From NCBI GenBank assembly GCA_965224025.1, contig OZ245033.1:4128001-4192000 (forward strand): 64,000 bases of DNA, read 5' to 3'. Under the pieces are notes generated by a model. That model was given only the letters and a program-made list of their open reading frames with translations, was not told the origin of the DNA and ran no database searches. Origin of the DNA: Candidatus Multivorans sp. (GTDB taxonomy: Bacteria > Acidobacteriota > Thermoanaerobaculia > Multivoradales > Multivoraceae). Shown here one piece after another: positions 9,193 through 21,346 of the stretch. Each line of letters begins with the position of its first letter. The stretch's first letter is position 1. The position numbers were made by a program, and so were the translations under genes.

Positions 9193-10998
9193 TCAGCCCG
9201 CCGCCGGCTGGAACGCATCCACCGGCCGCTCCCGCTCGAGACTCTGGAGCAACCAGTAGCGGCGGTACAGCTCGTTGCTCTCGTACAGTTCCTCGTGGCT
9301 GCCCGCGGCGACGAGCCGGCCTTGATCGAGCACGTGAATCCGCCGGGCGCGGCGCGCGGTGGCGAGGCGATGCGCGATGACGATCGTCGTCCTGCCCTCC
9401 AGCAGGTGCTGGATCGCGCGCTGGACGGTCGCCTCGGAATCGGGATCGAGGGCGCTGGTCGCCTCGTCCAGCAACAGGATCCGAGGGTCGCGCAGGAACG
9501 CGCGGGCGATCGCGATCCGCTGACGCTGCCCCGCCGACAACCGCACGCCGCGCTCGCCGACCTCGGTGGCGAAGCCGTCGTCGAGGCGTTCGATGAACGA
9601 GGCGGCGCCGGCCGCCTCGGCGGCGGTTTGCACCTCGGCATCGCCGGCGTCCGGACGCGCCAGGCGGATGTTGTCGGCCACGGAACCCGAGAACAGGAAG
9701 ATCTCCTGTGGCACCAGCGCGATCCGGCGCCGCAGATCGCCCAGCGCGACATCAGCGAGCGGCCGGCCGTCGATCAACAGTTCGCCCGACTGGGCCTCGT
9801 AGAACCGGAGCAACAGCGCGAACAGCGTGCTCTTGCCGGATCCGCTCGGGCCGACCAGAGCCGCCAGCTCCCCCGGCTCGACCTCCAGCGACACGTCCGT
9901 CAGCGCGGGCTGTTCCGCTCCCTGGTAGCGGAAGCCGACCGAACGGATACTCAACGCGGCGGCGTCCTCGGCCAGCCGGACGGGAGAGGGCGAATCGACG
10001 ATCGCCGAACCCTCGTCGAGCAGTTGGAAGACACGCTCACTCGATCCCCGCAGTCGCCGGTAGCCGGCATAGAGCGATCCCAACTGGCCCACCGACGTCG
10101 CGATGGCGAACGTGTAGAGCAGGAACGAAGTCAACTCGCCTGCCGACAGCGCCCCGTCGAGCATGAGGCTTCCGCCATATCCGAGCACCAGGGCGAAGGC
10201 GGCGAAACCGAAGAAGGTCATCAGACCGCCGAAGGCCCCGTAGAGGCGGACGTTGCGGAGCTGGACACCGAGCAGATCGACCAACCGTTCCCGGTAGCGG
10301 CGCCGCGCCTGTTTCTCCGCGGAGAACGCCTGCAGGGTGCGAACGCCGGCCAGAGCTTCCTCGGCCCAGGCAGAGGTCTCGGCGACTGCGTCACGCTCTT
10401 CAACCGCCACCCTCTCCAGCCGCCGGCCGAAAATCATCGCGAGCACCACGACCGGCGGCACGATCAGCAAAGCCACCACGGTCAAACGGGTCTGGAGCAC
10501 CAGGAGGATGGCCAGCACGCCGACGAACCGCGCGGCTGCCTGGAGCCCGGACGGAATCTGTTCGGTCAGGGCGGTCTGCACCACCGTCAGGTCCGAACTC
10601 ATGCGCGACAGGAGCTCGCCAACGCGACGCCGATCGAAGAAGTCGATTGACAGGCCGACCAGGTGCCCGAACAAGCGCCGCCGCAGATCGCGCAGCAGCC
10701 GCGCGCCAGCGGCGCCGAGAAGCCAGGTCTGGAAGTAGCCGAGCACGCCGAGGACCGCGAACAGGCCCATCAGCCACACGACGAGCTCACGAAGCTCCAG
10801 TTCGGACCCGGACTCGAGCGCGGTGTCGACGAACTCACCGACCCGCATCGGCACCAGCAGAAAGACGCCGCTGCCCGCGAGAAGCAGAACGGTCCCGACG
10901 ACCAGGGGCAGCAGGTACGGCCGAGCCAGACCGAAGAGCCGACTGAACGGAACCGGCGCGGAGGAGTGCTCTCCCTCCGCGCTCCTCTCTCTTCTCAC
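9193..10998 (-). CDS. ABC exporter, fused permease/ATPase (MsbA-like family)
   Basis: TM domain, Walker A GPSGSGKS, signature LSAGQRQR, Walker B LLLDEATS, IAHRL. Confidence 0.92.
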   Translation of the reverse strand: MRRERSAEGEHSSAPVPFSRLFGLARPYLLPLVVGTVLLLAGSGVFLLVPMRVGEFVDTALESGSELELRELVVWLMGLFAVLGVLGYFQTWLLGAAGARLLRDLRRRLFGHLVGLSIDFFDRRRVGELLSRMSSDLTVVQTALTEQIPSGLQAAARFVGVLAILLVLQTRLTVVALLIVPPVVVLAMIFGRRLERVAVEERDAVAETSAWAEEALAGVRTLQAFSAEKQARRRYRERLVDLLGVQLRNVRLYGAFGGLMTFFGFAAFALVLGYGGSLMLDGALSAGELTSFLLYTFAIATSVGQLGSLYAGYRRLRGSSERVFQLLDEGSAIVDSPSPVRLAEDAAALSIRSVGFRYQGAEQPALTDVSLEVEPGELAALVGPSGSGKSTLFALLLRFYEAQSGELLIDGRPLADVALGDLRRRIALVPQEIFLFSGSVADNIRLARPDAGDAEVQTAAEAAGAASFIERLDDGFATEVGERGVRLSAGQRQRIAIARAFLRDPRILLLDEATSALDPDSEATVQRAIQHLLEGRTTIVIAHRLATARRARRIHVLDQGRLVAAGSHEELYESNELYRRYWLLQSLERERPVDAFQPAAG

Positions 10999-12212
10999 TT
11001 CGCTACGGCGAGGGTGATCAGGAGTTCAGGCCGCTCAGCATCCGCCACGGCTGCATCGAAGGCCTCGACCGTCATCGGCAGGCTGACCGTCAATGCCACC
11101 GCACCGTACTGTATCTGTGCGGGGATGCCGCGTCCGACACGACCCGAGGCGCTGCCGGACGCCACGGCGGCGTCCTGATCGCCCTGCCCCGCGCGAAGGA
11201 GATCGATCTCGACATCGACCCGCTTGCTGATCTGCGCGGAATGGAGCGCCAACTCCACCTGGAGTTCCACCCGGCCGCGCCGCTGTCGCCGCGCAACCTC
11301 GAGACGCTCGATCGTCACGCCCTCGCAGAGATAGGGCTCGGTGTCTCGGGTAGTCCAGGCATACCCCGTGGGAAGCGCCTCGACCGTCCCCAGCGGCAAC
11401 CGCAGCACCATCGGCGACGCCATGGCGATGCGCTCGATGTTGGCGGCATCGGCGGCCCGCGCGGAGTCGGGCGTCACCTCGCCTGTGACCGGCGCCGCCC
11501 CCGGCTCGGACGGCGTCGGAGAGGCCGGCTGCTCGCGCTCAACGGGCGCTGGCTGGGGTTCAACCGGTGCGGGCGCCGGCTCGGCTTCAACCGTCGTGGG
11601 CCGGGGCGCCGTGTCGGCGGGAGCGGTCGGCGGCGAGGACGGCTCGGCCGGGCTGGAGGGCTGCTCCACAGGCTCACCGACAGGAAGGTAGTAGCCCTCG
11701 AACGCGGCGCTCCCGGCACGATCGCTCCGACCGCCCGCCGTCGAGTGACCCGCCACTCGACTGATCCGGCCGCCCGCTTCCGGCGCCAACCGCTCACGCC
11801 AGTTCGACGTCTCTCCATCGGCCGTGGTGCGCTCGCCGCGGACCAGCAGAGCGCTCCCCTCCACCGCGCCGGACGACCGGATCACGACGCCGCGGTTCGA
11901 GACGCTGAACCGCCGCCACACGTTGGCAGCCCGGTCGAGGAAACTGTAGGTCCGCCCCGATCGACCGTCGGCGAACGACCATGTCTCAGCGATCAGGCAA
12001 CCGTCTTCGAGCTTCTCGATCAGGCTCCGGCCAACCGCCTCGCCGTCCGAAACAAGCTGCCATTCGCCGAGTAGAAAATCGAGGGCGCGGTGGCTATCGT
12101 CCTCCTCGCACGCACCGTCGCTTTGCGCCGCCGACGGCAACGCGGCCAGGAATCCGAGAGCGCCCATCAGCAGAATGAACCAAGCGCAGCTTCGGTTTGT
12201 CAACTGTCCCAT
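10995..12212 (-). CDS. Secreted hypothetical protein with Pro/Ala-rich linker
   Basis: Signal peptide, N-domain 'C...LDFLLGEW...GCLIAETW' (DUF1579-like), 4-bp overlap with the ABC gene. Confidence 0.65.
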   Translation of the reverse strand: MGQLTNRSCAWFILLMGALGFLAALPSAAQSDGACEEDDSHRALDFLLGEWQLVSDGEAVGRSLIEKLEDGCLIAETWSFADGRSGRTYSFLDRAANVWRRFSVSNRGVVIRSSGAVEGSALLVRGERTTADGETSNWRERLAPEAGGRISRVAGHSTAGGRSDRAGSAAFEGYYLPVGEPVEQPSSPAEPSSPPTAPADTAPRPTTVEAEPAPAPVEPQPAPVEREQPASPTPSEPGAAPVTGEVTPDSARAADAANIERIAMASPMVLRLPLGTVEALPTGYAWTTRDTEPYLCEGVTIERLEVARRQRRGRVELQVELALHSAQISKRVDVEIDLLRAGQGDQDAAVASGSASGRVGRGIPAQIQYGAVALTVSLPMTVEAFDAAVADAERPELLITLAVAK

Positions 12213-12224
12213 CGATTCGCTCCC

Positions 12225-13522
12225 TCAGGTGCCCAGAAAGACGATCTTGACCACGAACAACACGGCCAGAACCGCAGCGGCTGGGCGAAGCTGGCTGAAC
12301 CGGCCGGAGAGCAGCTTGATCGCAGTGTAGGTGATGAAGCCGGCCGCGATCCCGTGGGCGATCGAGAAGCTGAACGGAATCGTGATCGCCAGCACGACGG
12401 CCGGCACATACTCCGTCGCGTCGGTCCAGTCGATCTCCGTCATGTTCCGGATCATGACGCACGCTACGAAGAGCAACGCTGCCGCGGTCGCGAACGGCGG
12501 AATCGTCGCCGCCAGGGGCGACAGGAAGAGCGTTAGCAGGAACAACACCGAGACGGTGACCGCGGTCAGACCGGTGCGGCCGCCGACCTTCACTCCCGCG
12601 GCGCTCTCGATGTAGCTCGTGACCGACGACGTGCCCAGGACCGCACCGAGCACCGAAGCGCCGGAATCGACGATGACCGCCTGCTTGAGGCGTGGCAGAT
12701 CGCCGTCCCGATCGAGCAGGTTCCCCTGCTTCGCCACCGCGATCAGGGTGCCCGAGGTATCGAAGAGGTCGGTGAACAGGAAGGCGAAGATGATCCCGAA
12801 GAAGGCGGCGTCGAAGGCCGCTCCGATGTCCAGTTGTCCAAACGTCGGCGCCAGCGAGGGAACCGCGGAGACCGCGCCCTGCCAACTCGCTTCGCCGACC
12901 AGCAGACCGATCGCGGTGACCGCGAGGATGCCGATCAGCACCGCGCCGGCCTTCCTCAGCGCATCGAGGGCCGCGATCAGCACCAAGCCGACGAGCGCGA
13001 GCACGACGCTCCAGGACGTCACGTCGCCGAGCCCGACGAGGGTGGCGTCGTTGGTGACGACGAGTCCGGCGTTCCTCATCGCGATGAGGGCCAGAAAGAA
13101 GCCGATGCCGGCCGCCGTTGCCATCTTGAGCGAGCGGGGAAAAGCGCCCATGATCCAGGTCCGGATCGGCAGCACCGAGATGAGCACGAAGCAGACGCCG
13201 GAGATGAACAGCGCGCCCAGCGCCACTTGCCAGGGATGCCCCATTCCCAGCACGACACCGTAGGTGAAGAAAAGGCGTTGATCCCCATCCCCGGCGCCAG
13301 AGCGATCGGGTAGTTCGCGTACAGGCCCATCGCGGCACAGGCGATCGCCGCCGCCAGACAGGTGGCCACGAACACCGCCCCCCGATCCATCCCGGCCTCG
13401 CCCAGGATCTGCGGGTTGACGACAGCCACATAGGCCATCGTCATGTAGGTCGTGACGCCGGCCGCGATCTCTCTTCTGGCGGTTGTCCGGTACTGGTCCA
13501 GGCGAAACGGGCGGTTCAGCAT
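12225..13522 (-). pseudogene. NCS2/AzgA-family purine permease, frameshifted near 13272
   Basis: N-terminus (REIAAGVTTYMTMAY...ALAPGMGINAF) is in ORF 13076-13522; the rest (FFTYGVV...FDTSGT...YIESAAG) is in ORF 12225-13730; break lies in a short T-run. Confidence 0.85.
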
Positions 13523-13552
13523 GTCCCCACCCCTGCGCCGCTCCCGCCGCGC

Positions 13553-16500
13553 CTACCCGACGTCGACCGGCCTGACCACGAACAGCAGATCGCCCTGGTT
13601 CACGACCTGGCCGTTCGCCGCGTTGACCCGCATCACTTCGAACCGGCTGTCCCGAGCGAACAAGTCGCCGCCAGCGTCGATCGACGACAGGGACACCGGG
13701 CGGAACAACTTCATCGCCTCGATCAGGCACAGGGTCTTTCCCGTGTCCAGAAGGTCCCCGACTCGCACGAAAGGCGGATCGCTGGGCGAGGCGGAGGCAT
13801 AGAACAGGCCGCCGGAGGGCGCCCCGACCCTTAGTTCGTCACTGCCCTCGATCTCGATCTCGGCGCGATCCATCGTCGCGGAGACGCCGGCGGAACGCTC
13901 GACTTCGCGAACCAGCTCGTCGGCGGAGGTACGGGCCAGGAAGCCCGGTAAGTACCGCGTGTCGTAGTCGCCGGTACGGAACTGCTCGTCGTCCAGCACG
14001 CGGCGAAGGAGGGGGAGATTGGTGCAAACGCCATCGATCGTGACCTGGTCGAGGTAGGAGCGCATGCGGGCGATGGTGTCGACGCGATCCTTGCCGTGGC
14101 AGACGATCTGCGCCACCAGACTGTCGTAGTACGGCGAAACCACCGTTCCCGTATCGATCGCCGCCAACACGTCGATGTCCGGCCGCTGCGGGAACTCGCA
14201 GCGGTTCACCGTCCCCGGCGACGGCAGCAGGTCGATCCCGTCCTCGGTTGCGACCACCCGTTCGGCGTTGATCCGGACCTCCATCGCGTAGCCGTCTTCG
14301 GCAACCGGCGGGCCTTTGATTCGCGACCCTCCGGCGATCTCGAACTGGGCCTTGACGATGTCCGTGCCGCTCGTGGCCTCGGTTACCGGGTGCTCCACCT
14401 GGAGACGGGTGTTCATCTCCATGAAGTAGAGCTTCTGCGCCTCCAAGTCGAAGATGAACTCAACCGTGCCCGCGCCCACGTAGCCGATCTTCCGCGCAAT
14501 CTCCCTTGCGGAGCGGAAGCTCTCCTCGCGCAGAGCCTCCGGCAGCGCGGTCGATCCCGATTCCTCGATCAGCTTCTGGTTGTTGCGCTGGACGCTGCAG
14601 TCGCGCAGGCCCAGAATGCTCACGGTCCCGTGCTGGTCGCACAGCACCTGCACCTCGACGTGGCGGAGCGAGACGACGCATTTCTCCAGGTAGCAGTCCG
14701 CGTTGCCGAAGCTGCTCTCGGCCTCGATCCGGATCTGGGCAAACGCCTCCCGGAAGTCCTCCGCCCGGTCGACCCGGCGAATGCCCTTGCCGCCGCCCCC
14801 GTGGACGGCCTTGAGCATGACCGGGAAACCGATCGATTCCGCCACCTCGAGCGCCGTGTCGGCATCGGTGAGGATGCCCTCGCTGCCTGGCACGACCGGC
14901 ACGCCGACCTGCACCGCCGTCTGGATCGCGTTCGACTTGTTGCCCATGCGCCGCATCGCTTCGCCGGTCGGTCCGACGAAGTTCAGGCCGTGGCCCCGGC
15001 ACAGGTCCGCGAACGAAGCGCTCTCGGACAGGAAACCGATTCCCGGATGGAGCGCGTCGACCTCTTCCCGCTCGGCGACACGGATCACCGAGTGGGCGTT
15101 CAGATAGCTCTCGTCGGGTGTGCTGCCGCCGATGCAGACCAGGGTGTCGCGCTCACGGAGCATCGCCGCCGCCGGCGACTCGACGTCTGGATCCGACTGC
15201 ACCAGGACCACCTCGATACCGGCGCGCTGGGCCACCCGCACCAGCTTGACCGCCGTGCAGCCCCGGGCATGGATGAGAGCCCGCCGCACCGGCCGCGGAG
15301 CGACCGCCGGCGCCGGCTCGACGGTTTCGGGCGCCCGCCGGCGCCGCCGTGCCGACAGGAACTCGACCCGCCGCTCCTCCTGCTGGAGCCGCAGGAGAAC
15401 ACCCTCGACCGTCTCCTCCGGTACCGGGATCTGCGAATCGACCTGGCGTAGCTGGTCGTCGAGGTCCTCGCCGAAGGGATGCTGCACGAGACCCTGCATC
15501 GCCCCTTCGACCTCGAACAGATAGTTCGACAGCGTCGAGGCCATGGGGAGGTGGGAAGGAACGACGATCTGCCCGGCGAACGGCATGTTCGTACCCGAGA
15601 AGTAGTAGGTCTGGACCAGCGGGTGGGTGACCAGGCTCGCCTGGGCGCCGCCCGTGCAGTCGCCGTAGCCGAAACAGATCACGGGCAGGTCGTTGTCGCG
15701 CACGAACCGGGTCAGCCGGTCGTTCACGATCGACATCGAAAACAGTGCGCCGGCGCCCTCCTTCGTCAGCATGCCGCCCGACGAGATGAAGCACACCACC
15801 GGCAGCCGTTCCTCGGCGCAGCGCAGCAGAAGTTTGCAGAACTTCTCGGCACTCGCCATGTCGAACGAGCCGGCCTGGAATGCCAGGTTGGAGACCATAA
15901 CGCCGACCCTGCTGCCGCCCGAACCGCCTTCGGCGTCACCCGCTCCGCCGGCCCTGATCCGGGCGAGGGCCGCCACCGTCCCGCACGGCGTCACTCCCTG
16001 TTCCAGCGCACGCTCGATCGACACGCGAAGCCCCGGGAAGCCCACCGGATCGGCGGTCATCCGGTCCGGTTCGATCTCCTGTACGTCGACGAAGAACCGG
16101 TCCAGGATGGCCCGTGGACGCCGCGGCGTCCTCCGCTTCTGTTCGGCGAGCACGTCCTCGAGCAGCATGTCGCGATAGGCTGCGTCAAGGCGGTTCCAAA
16201 AATCCTTGATGCCGATGTTGCGTGGGGAGATGCGGCCGTCGTAGGTGCGAATGCCCTGCTCGTCCTCGTAGAAGTTCGGCAGCAGACGCTCGAAGAGGAA
16301 CGTGACCAACCCGAACAGCGGCTCGGAGATGCGGGGCATCTGAAGCCGCTTCCACTCCGCCACGGACTTGAGCAGCCGGCCGCGGCGGGGGTGCCGCGAG
16401 AAGTGCCGCAGCCAGGAGCGGAACTGCCGCCGCAGCCTCGCCTCCGCCTCGTCGGCCGCCTCCGCCTCGAGTCCAGCCGTCAACTCGCGCAGCGCCGCGT

Positions 16501-18211
16501 TCAACGAGTGGCGCAGCAACAGGTGAACGGACTCGCGGGCGATCACGTTCTCCTGGCGGGCCTCGGCGGCAATCTCTCGCAGGTGCACGAAGATGTGATC
16601 GTAGAGCCGGTCGAAAGAGATGAAGTTCTCGCATTCGCGCCGGAACAGCCGCAGGAGTTGTGGTTGGAGGATCACGTCGAGAACGGTGAGATCCGGCGGA
16701 TCCGGAGCGGCGCCCTGCCGAGCTTCCGGATCCGTCTCGGCGACCCCCGCAGCGGAGGCGGCGCGCATCACGTCCAGCAGCCGACCGAAGTTGTCCTCGG
16801 CCGCGTCCTTCCACTGGTTGTAGAGGTGGAAACCGAACTCGAGCAGCAGTTCGGCTCGGGCGCGATTGAAGTGGTACTCGCGGCTGCCGAGCAGGAAGGA
16901 GGCGAGCCGACCCCGCCCCTCATGAAGCGAGTCGCGGGCCGCGGCGTACCGCTTGTACGTGCGGCTGAGGACATCGTCGTACCGCACGGCAAGCGGGTTC
17001 TCGAACCAGCGCTCGAAGGACAACCGGCGCTGCCGTTCCCGGCGCGCCCTGGCCGCCCCGGCCGGAACCTCGGCCGCCGCCAGACGACCGTAGCTGGGCA
17101 GGGTCGTCGAGGTAAGGCGGCGCCGGAGACCGAGATATCGCAGGTACCGAAAGGCGACGCCGAAGACGTTGACCTGCTCCGCCGGACTCCGCAGCCGCGA
17201 CAGGGGGGCGACTTCCTCGAGAGCCAACAGACTGCGGGAGGGGTCGACGTACCGCCGCGCGTTCAGGCGATAGTGCTCGAACACGGTCGGCTCGTCGCGC
17301 ACGAAGATCTTCGCCCGCTGTTCCACCACCGCGATCGACGAGGCCACCGCGGCCTCGAAACAGGCCAGCCGGTCGCCACCCTCACCCGGAACGAAGTCGA
17401 TCACTCCGTCGAGGTATCTCTGATCGAAAAGCTCGTACGCCGAGACGCCGACCGCCTTGGCGCACTCCTCCCAGGACAGGTCGTAGCGGCGCACGATGTT
17501 GGCCAGCCCGCGGGGCTGAATCGTGTTGAAGACGCCGTCACGCACCGCCAGCAGCACGTTCGTCGTGGCCAGAGGAATGGCGCCGCCCGAGTAGCCGTTG
17601 CCGAGCACGACGCCGATGGTCGGCGCGTGAAGCTGCGCCATCTCGGCGATCAACCGGGAAATAGCGTGAGCCTGGTTGCCGCGGTTCGCCATCTCGCCCG
17701 CGTCCGCTCCCGGCGTGTCCATCAGGGCGACGATGGGCAGGTTGCGGCCGGCGTACGACCGGATCACGTCCACCGCCAGACGGTGGTGCTCCGGCATCCA
17801 GACGCCGTTCTGCACCGAGCGCTCCTGCGCGAGAACGCCGAACCGGCGGCGCCAGCCCTCGATCTCGGTTTCGAACACGGCCGCGTAGAGGGGGCCGTGG
17901 CCGCGCTCCTCGACCAGTTCCCAACTGGTGGCGGCCAGGACCTCTCCGGCGCCAACCCGGACCGGGTCCTCGGCCGGCGCGACCGTGCGGCGGATGTACT
18001 CGTCGACCTCGAGGGCGGCAAGACTCTTGAGGGTCCGACGGATACGTCGGTCGGAGACCAGACCGGCGATGCGCCCGCCGGCGCCGGCGATTTGCGGATC
18101 ACGGGGCGCCGGAAATAGCGAGAACGCGCGCGCCCGCTGCTCCGCGTCGCGGAACAGGGGGTCTACCGCTCCTCGCGAAGGCTCCGCCTGACTCTGGAGC
18201 AGGATCGTCAT
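13553..18211 (-). CDS. Single-chain multidomain acyl-CoA carboxylase (CT-alpha, CT-beta, biotin carboxylase, BCCP)
   Basis: DTPGA/GYSGGA (AccA-like), AFQAGSF...SSGG...CTGG (AccD-like), HPGIGFLSE, GGGGKGIR, EMNTRLQVEH (BC), EAMK biotinylation motif. Confidence 0.9.
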   Translation of the reverse strand: MTILLQSQAEPSRGAVDPLFRDAEQRARAFSLFPAPRDPQIAGAGGRIAGLVSDRRIRRTLKSLAALEVDEYIRRTVAPAEDPVRVGAGEVLAATSWELVEERGHGPLYAAVFETEIEGWRRRFGVLAQERSVQNGVWMPEHHRLAVDVIRSYAGRNLPIVALMDTPGADAGEMANRGNQAHAISRLIAEMAQLHAPTIGVVLGNGYSGGAIPLATTNVLLAVRDGVFNTIQPRGLANIVRRYDLSWEECAKAVGVSAYELFDQRYLDGVIDFVPGEGGDRLACFEAAVASSIAVVEQRAKIFVRDEPTVFEHYRLNARRYVDPSRSLLALEEVAPLSRLRSPAEQVNVFGVAFRYLRYLGLRRRLTSTTLPSYGRLAAAEVPAGAARARRERQRRLSFERWFENPLAVRYDDVLSRTYKRYAAARDSLHEGRGRLASFLLGSREYHFNRARAELLLEFGFHLYNQWKDAAEDNFGRLLDVMRAASAAGVAETDPEARQGAAPDPPDLTVLDVILQPQLLRLFRRECENFISFDRLYDHIFVHLREIAAEARQENVIARESVHLLLRHSLNAALRELTAGLEAEAADEAEARLRRQFRSWLRHFSRHPRRGRLLKSVAEWKRLQMPRISEPLFGLVTFLFERLLPNFYEDEQGIRTYDGRISPRNIGIKDFWNRLDAAYRDMLLEDVLAEQKRRTPRRPRAILDRFFVDVQEIEPDRMTADPVGFPGLRVSIERALEQGVTPCGTVAALARIRAGGAGDAEGGSGGSRVGVMVSNLAFQAGSFDMASAEKFCKLLLRCAEERLPVVCFISSGGMLTKEGAGALFSMSIVNDRLTRFVRDNDLPVICFGYGDCTGGAQASLVTHPLVQTYYFSGTNMPFAGQIVVPSHLPMASTLSNYLFEVEGAMQGLVQHPFGEDLDDQLRQVDSQIPVPEETVEGVLLRLQQEERRVEFLSARRRRRAPETVEPAPAVAPRPVRRALIHARGCTAVKLVRVAQRAGIEVVLVQSDPDVESPAAAMLRERDTLVCIGGSTPDESYLNAHSVIRVAEREEVDALHPGIGFLSESASFADLCRGHGLNFVGPTGEAMRRMGNKSNAIQTAVQVGVPVVPGSEGILTDADTALEVAESIGFPVMLKAVHGGGGKGIRRVDRAEDFREAFAQIRIEAESSFGNADCYLEKCVVSLRHVEVQVLCDQHGTVSILGLRDCSVQRNNQKLIEESGSTALPEALREESFRSAREIARKIGYVGAGTVEFIFDLEAQKLYFMEMNTRLQVEHPVTEATSGTDIVKAQFEIAGGSRIKGPPVAEDGYAMEVRINAERVVATEDGIDLLPSPGTVNRCEFPQRPDIDVLAAIDTGTVVSPYYDSLVAQIVCHGKDRVDTIARMRSYLDQVTIDGVCTNLPLLRRVLDDEQFRTGDYDTRYLPGFLARTSADELVREVERSAGVSATMDRAEIEIEGSDELRVGAPSGGLFYASASPSDPPFVRVGDLLDTGKTLCLIEAMKLFRPVSLSSIDAGGDLFARDSRFEVMRVNAANGQVVNQGDLLFVVRPVDVG

Positions 18212-18308
18212 ACAAGCCGCCTAGTCTACCCGCTCTCGGTGTGGTAAAGGACCGGCAACGTGTAACTTAGCCGGCTCCGCAGGTATTCCCGCGCGCCGGT
18301 TCCCTTCC

Positions 18309-19259
18309 TCAGTTGGCCCGTTCTTCCGCCCGCATCGGGCCGATCTCGGCAAGCGTCTGCATGCTGGGAGCGACCATCGCCCGTGCCGCTGTTTCCTCGT
18401 AGGCCGCGTACATCTCCGGCAGCTTCTCTCTCAGCTCGGCCTGATCCCGGATCACCCACTCTTCTTCCCACACAGGTCCGTAGGGCGCCTGGAGATTCCA
18501 GGCCGTGGAGATGAACCAGTAGGCGAACTCCTGCATCTGAACGCGGAAACGCACCTCCTCGTCCTCGATGTCTTCGTACTGGCTTGCCTGGTAGTAGCCC
18601 TCGTCTTCCGCCGTCCTCATCGCCCGTGCCAGTGCCGAGTCCTCGGAGATTCCCCACACCTCCGGGAAGGCGTAATGCAGGCCGATGTCGCTGACGTAGT
18701 GGAGGATGTGCTCTACGACCTCCATCACCTGCCCCTCCGGTCCCACCGGTCCGTCCTGCATGATGATGTCGCAGACCGAGTTGTTGTTCTCGATCTGCCT
18801 CCACTGCTCCTCGTTCTCCTCCATGAAGCTGGTGTCGTCGCCGAGGGGAACCGGGATCAGTGCGTTGTAGCGATAGTGGTTCTCGAGCACCTTGCGCTGC
18901 AGATCGGGATCGAGTCCGGCGTCCCGCGGAAACACCTCGGCGATCGTCTTCGCGACCAGTCGCATGAAGTCGTCCGATATGTCGTCACGGGCCCCGAGCT
19001 TGAGCCCATAGACCTGGAGCTCCTTGGTGAACGGCGGCATCGCCTCGGTGGCGACGACATCGCCGTGCTGGTACACGTCGTCGGGCACGTCGCCGACCGG
19101 AGCCAGCAGGATGCAGCCGCCGAGGTGGATCGGAGCGGCATCGGCCGCCTCCTCGCCGGCCTCCTCCGCCACGGCGTCAGCGGCGGACTCGGCGGCCGGT
19201 TCGTCGCCACAGGCGGCTACCGCCAAAATCAGAAGAGCGAATGCGAAGCGTCTTTCCAT
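18309..19259 (-). CDS. Hypothetical acidic lipoprotein, possible zincin-like metal site
   Basis: Lipobox VAAC; EHILH plus downstream QEFAYW. Confidence 0.65.
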   Translation of the reverse strand: MERRFAFALLILAVAACGDEPAAESAADAVAEEAGEEAADAAPIHLGGCILLAPVGDVPDDVYQHGDVVATEAMPPFTKELQVYGLKLGARDDISDDFMRLVAKTIAEVFPRDAGLDPDLQRKVLENHYRYNALIPVPLGDDTSFMEENEEQWRQIENNNSVCDIIMQDGPVGPEGQVMEVVEHILHYVSDIGLHYAFPEVWGISEDSALARAMRTAEDEGYYQASQYEDIEDEEVRFRVQMQEFAYWFISTAWNLQAPYGPVWEEEWVIRDQAELREKLPEMYAAYEETAARAMVAPSMQTLAEIGPMRAEERAN

Positions 19260-19437
19260 CCCGGTTCTCCCCTTTGTTGATATGACCCGCGACTCCCTAC
19301 ACTATGCCCTGCATCAGCGCCGGACATGAATTTGCTGCCCAGAATCGCCGGGTCCTTCGCCGACACGGCGGCCGGGAAGTGAGTGCTGATCTTCGGCGCC
19401 GAGTGGCTTCTGGAGAGCCCGGATAGAATCCACGGCG

Positions 19438-21333
<1,896 letters not shown>

Positions 21334-21346
21334 CGCCGCCCGTGCC

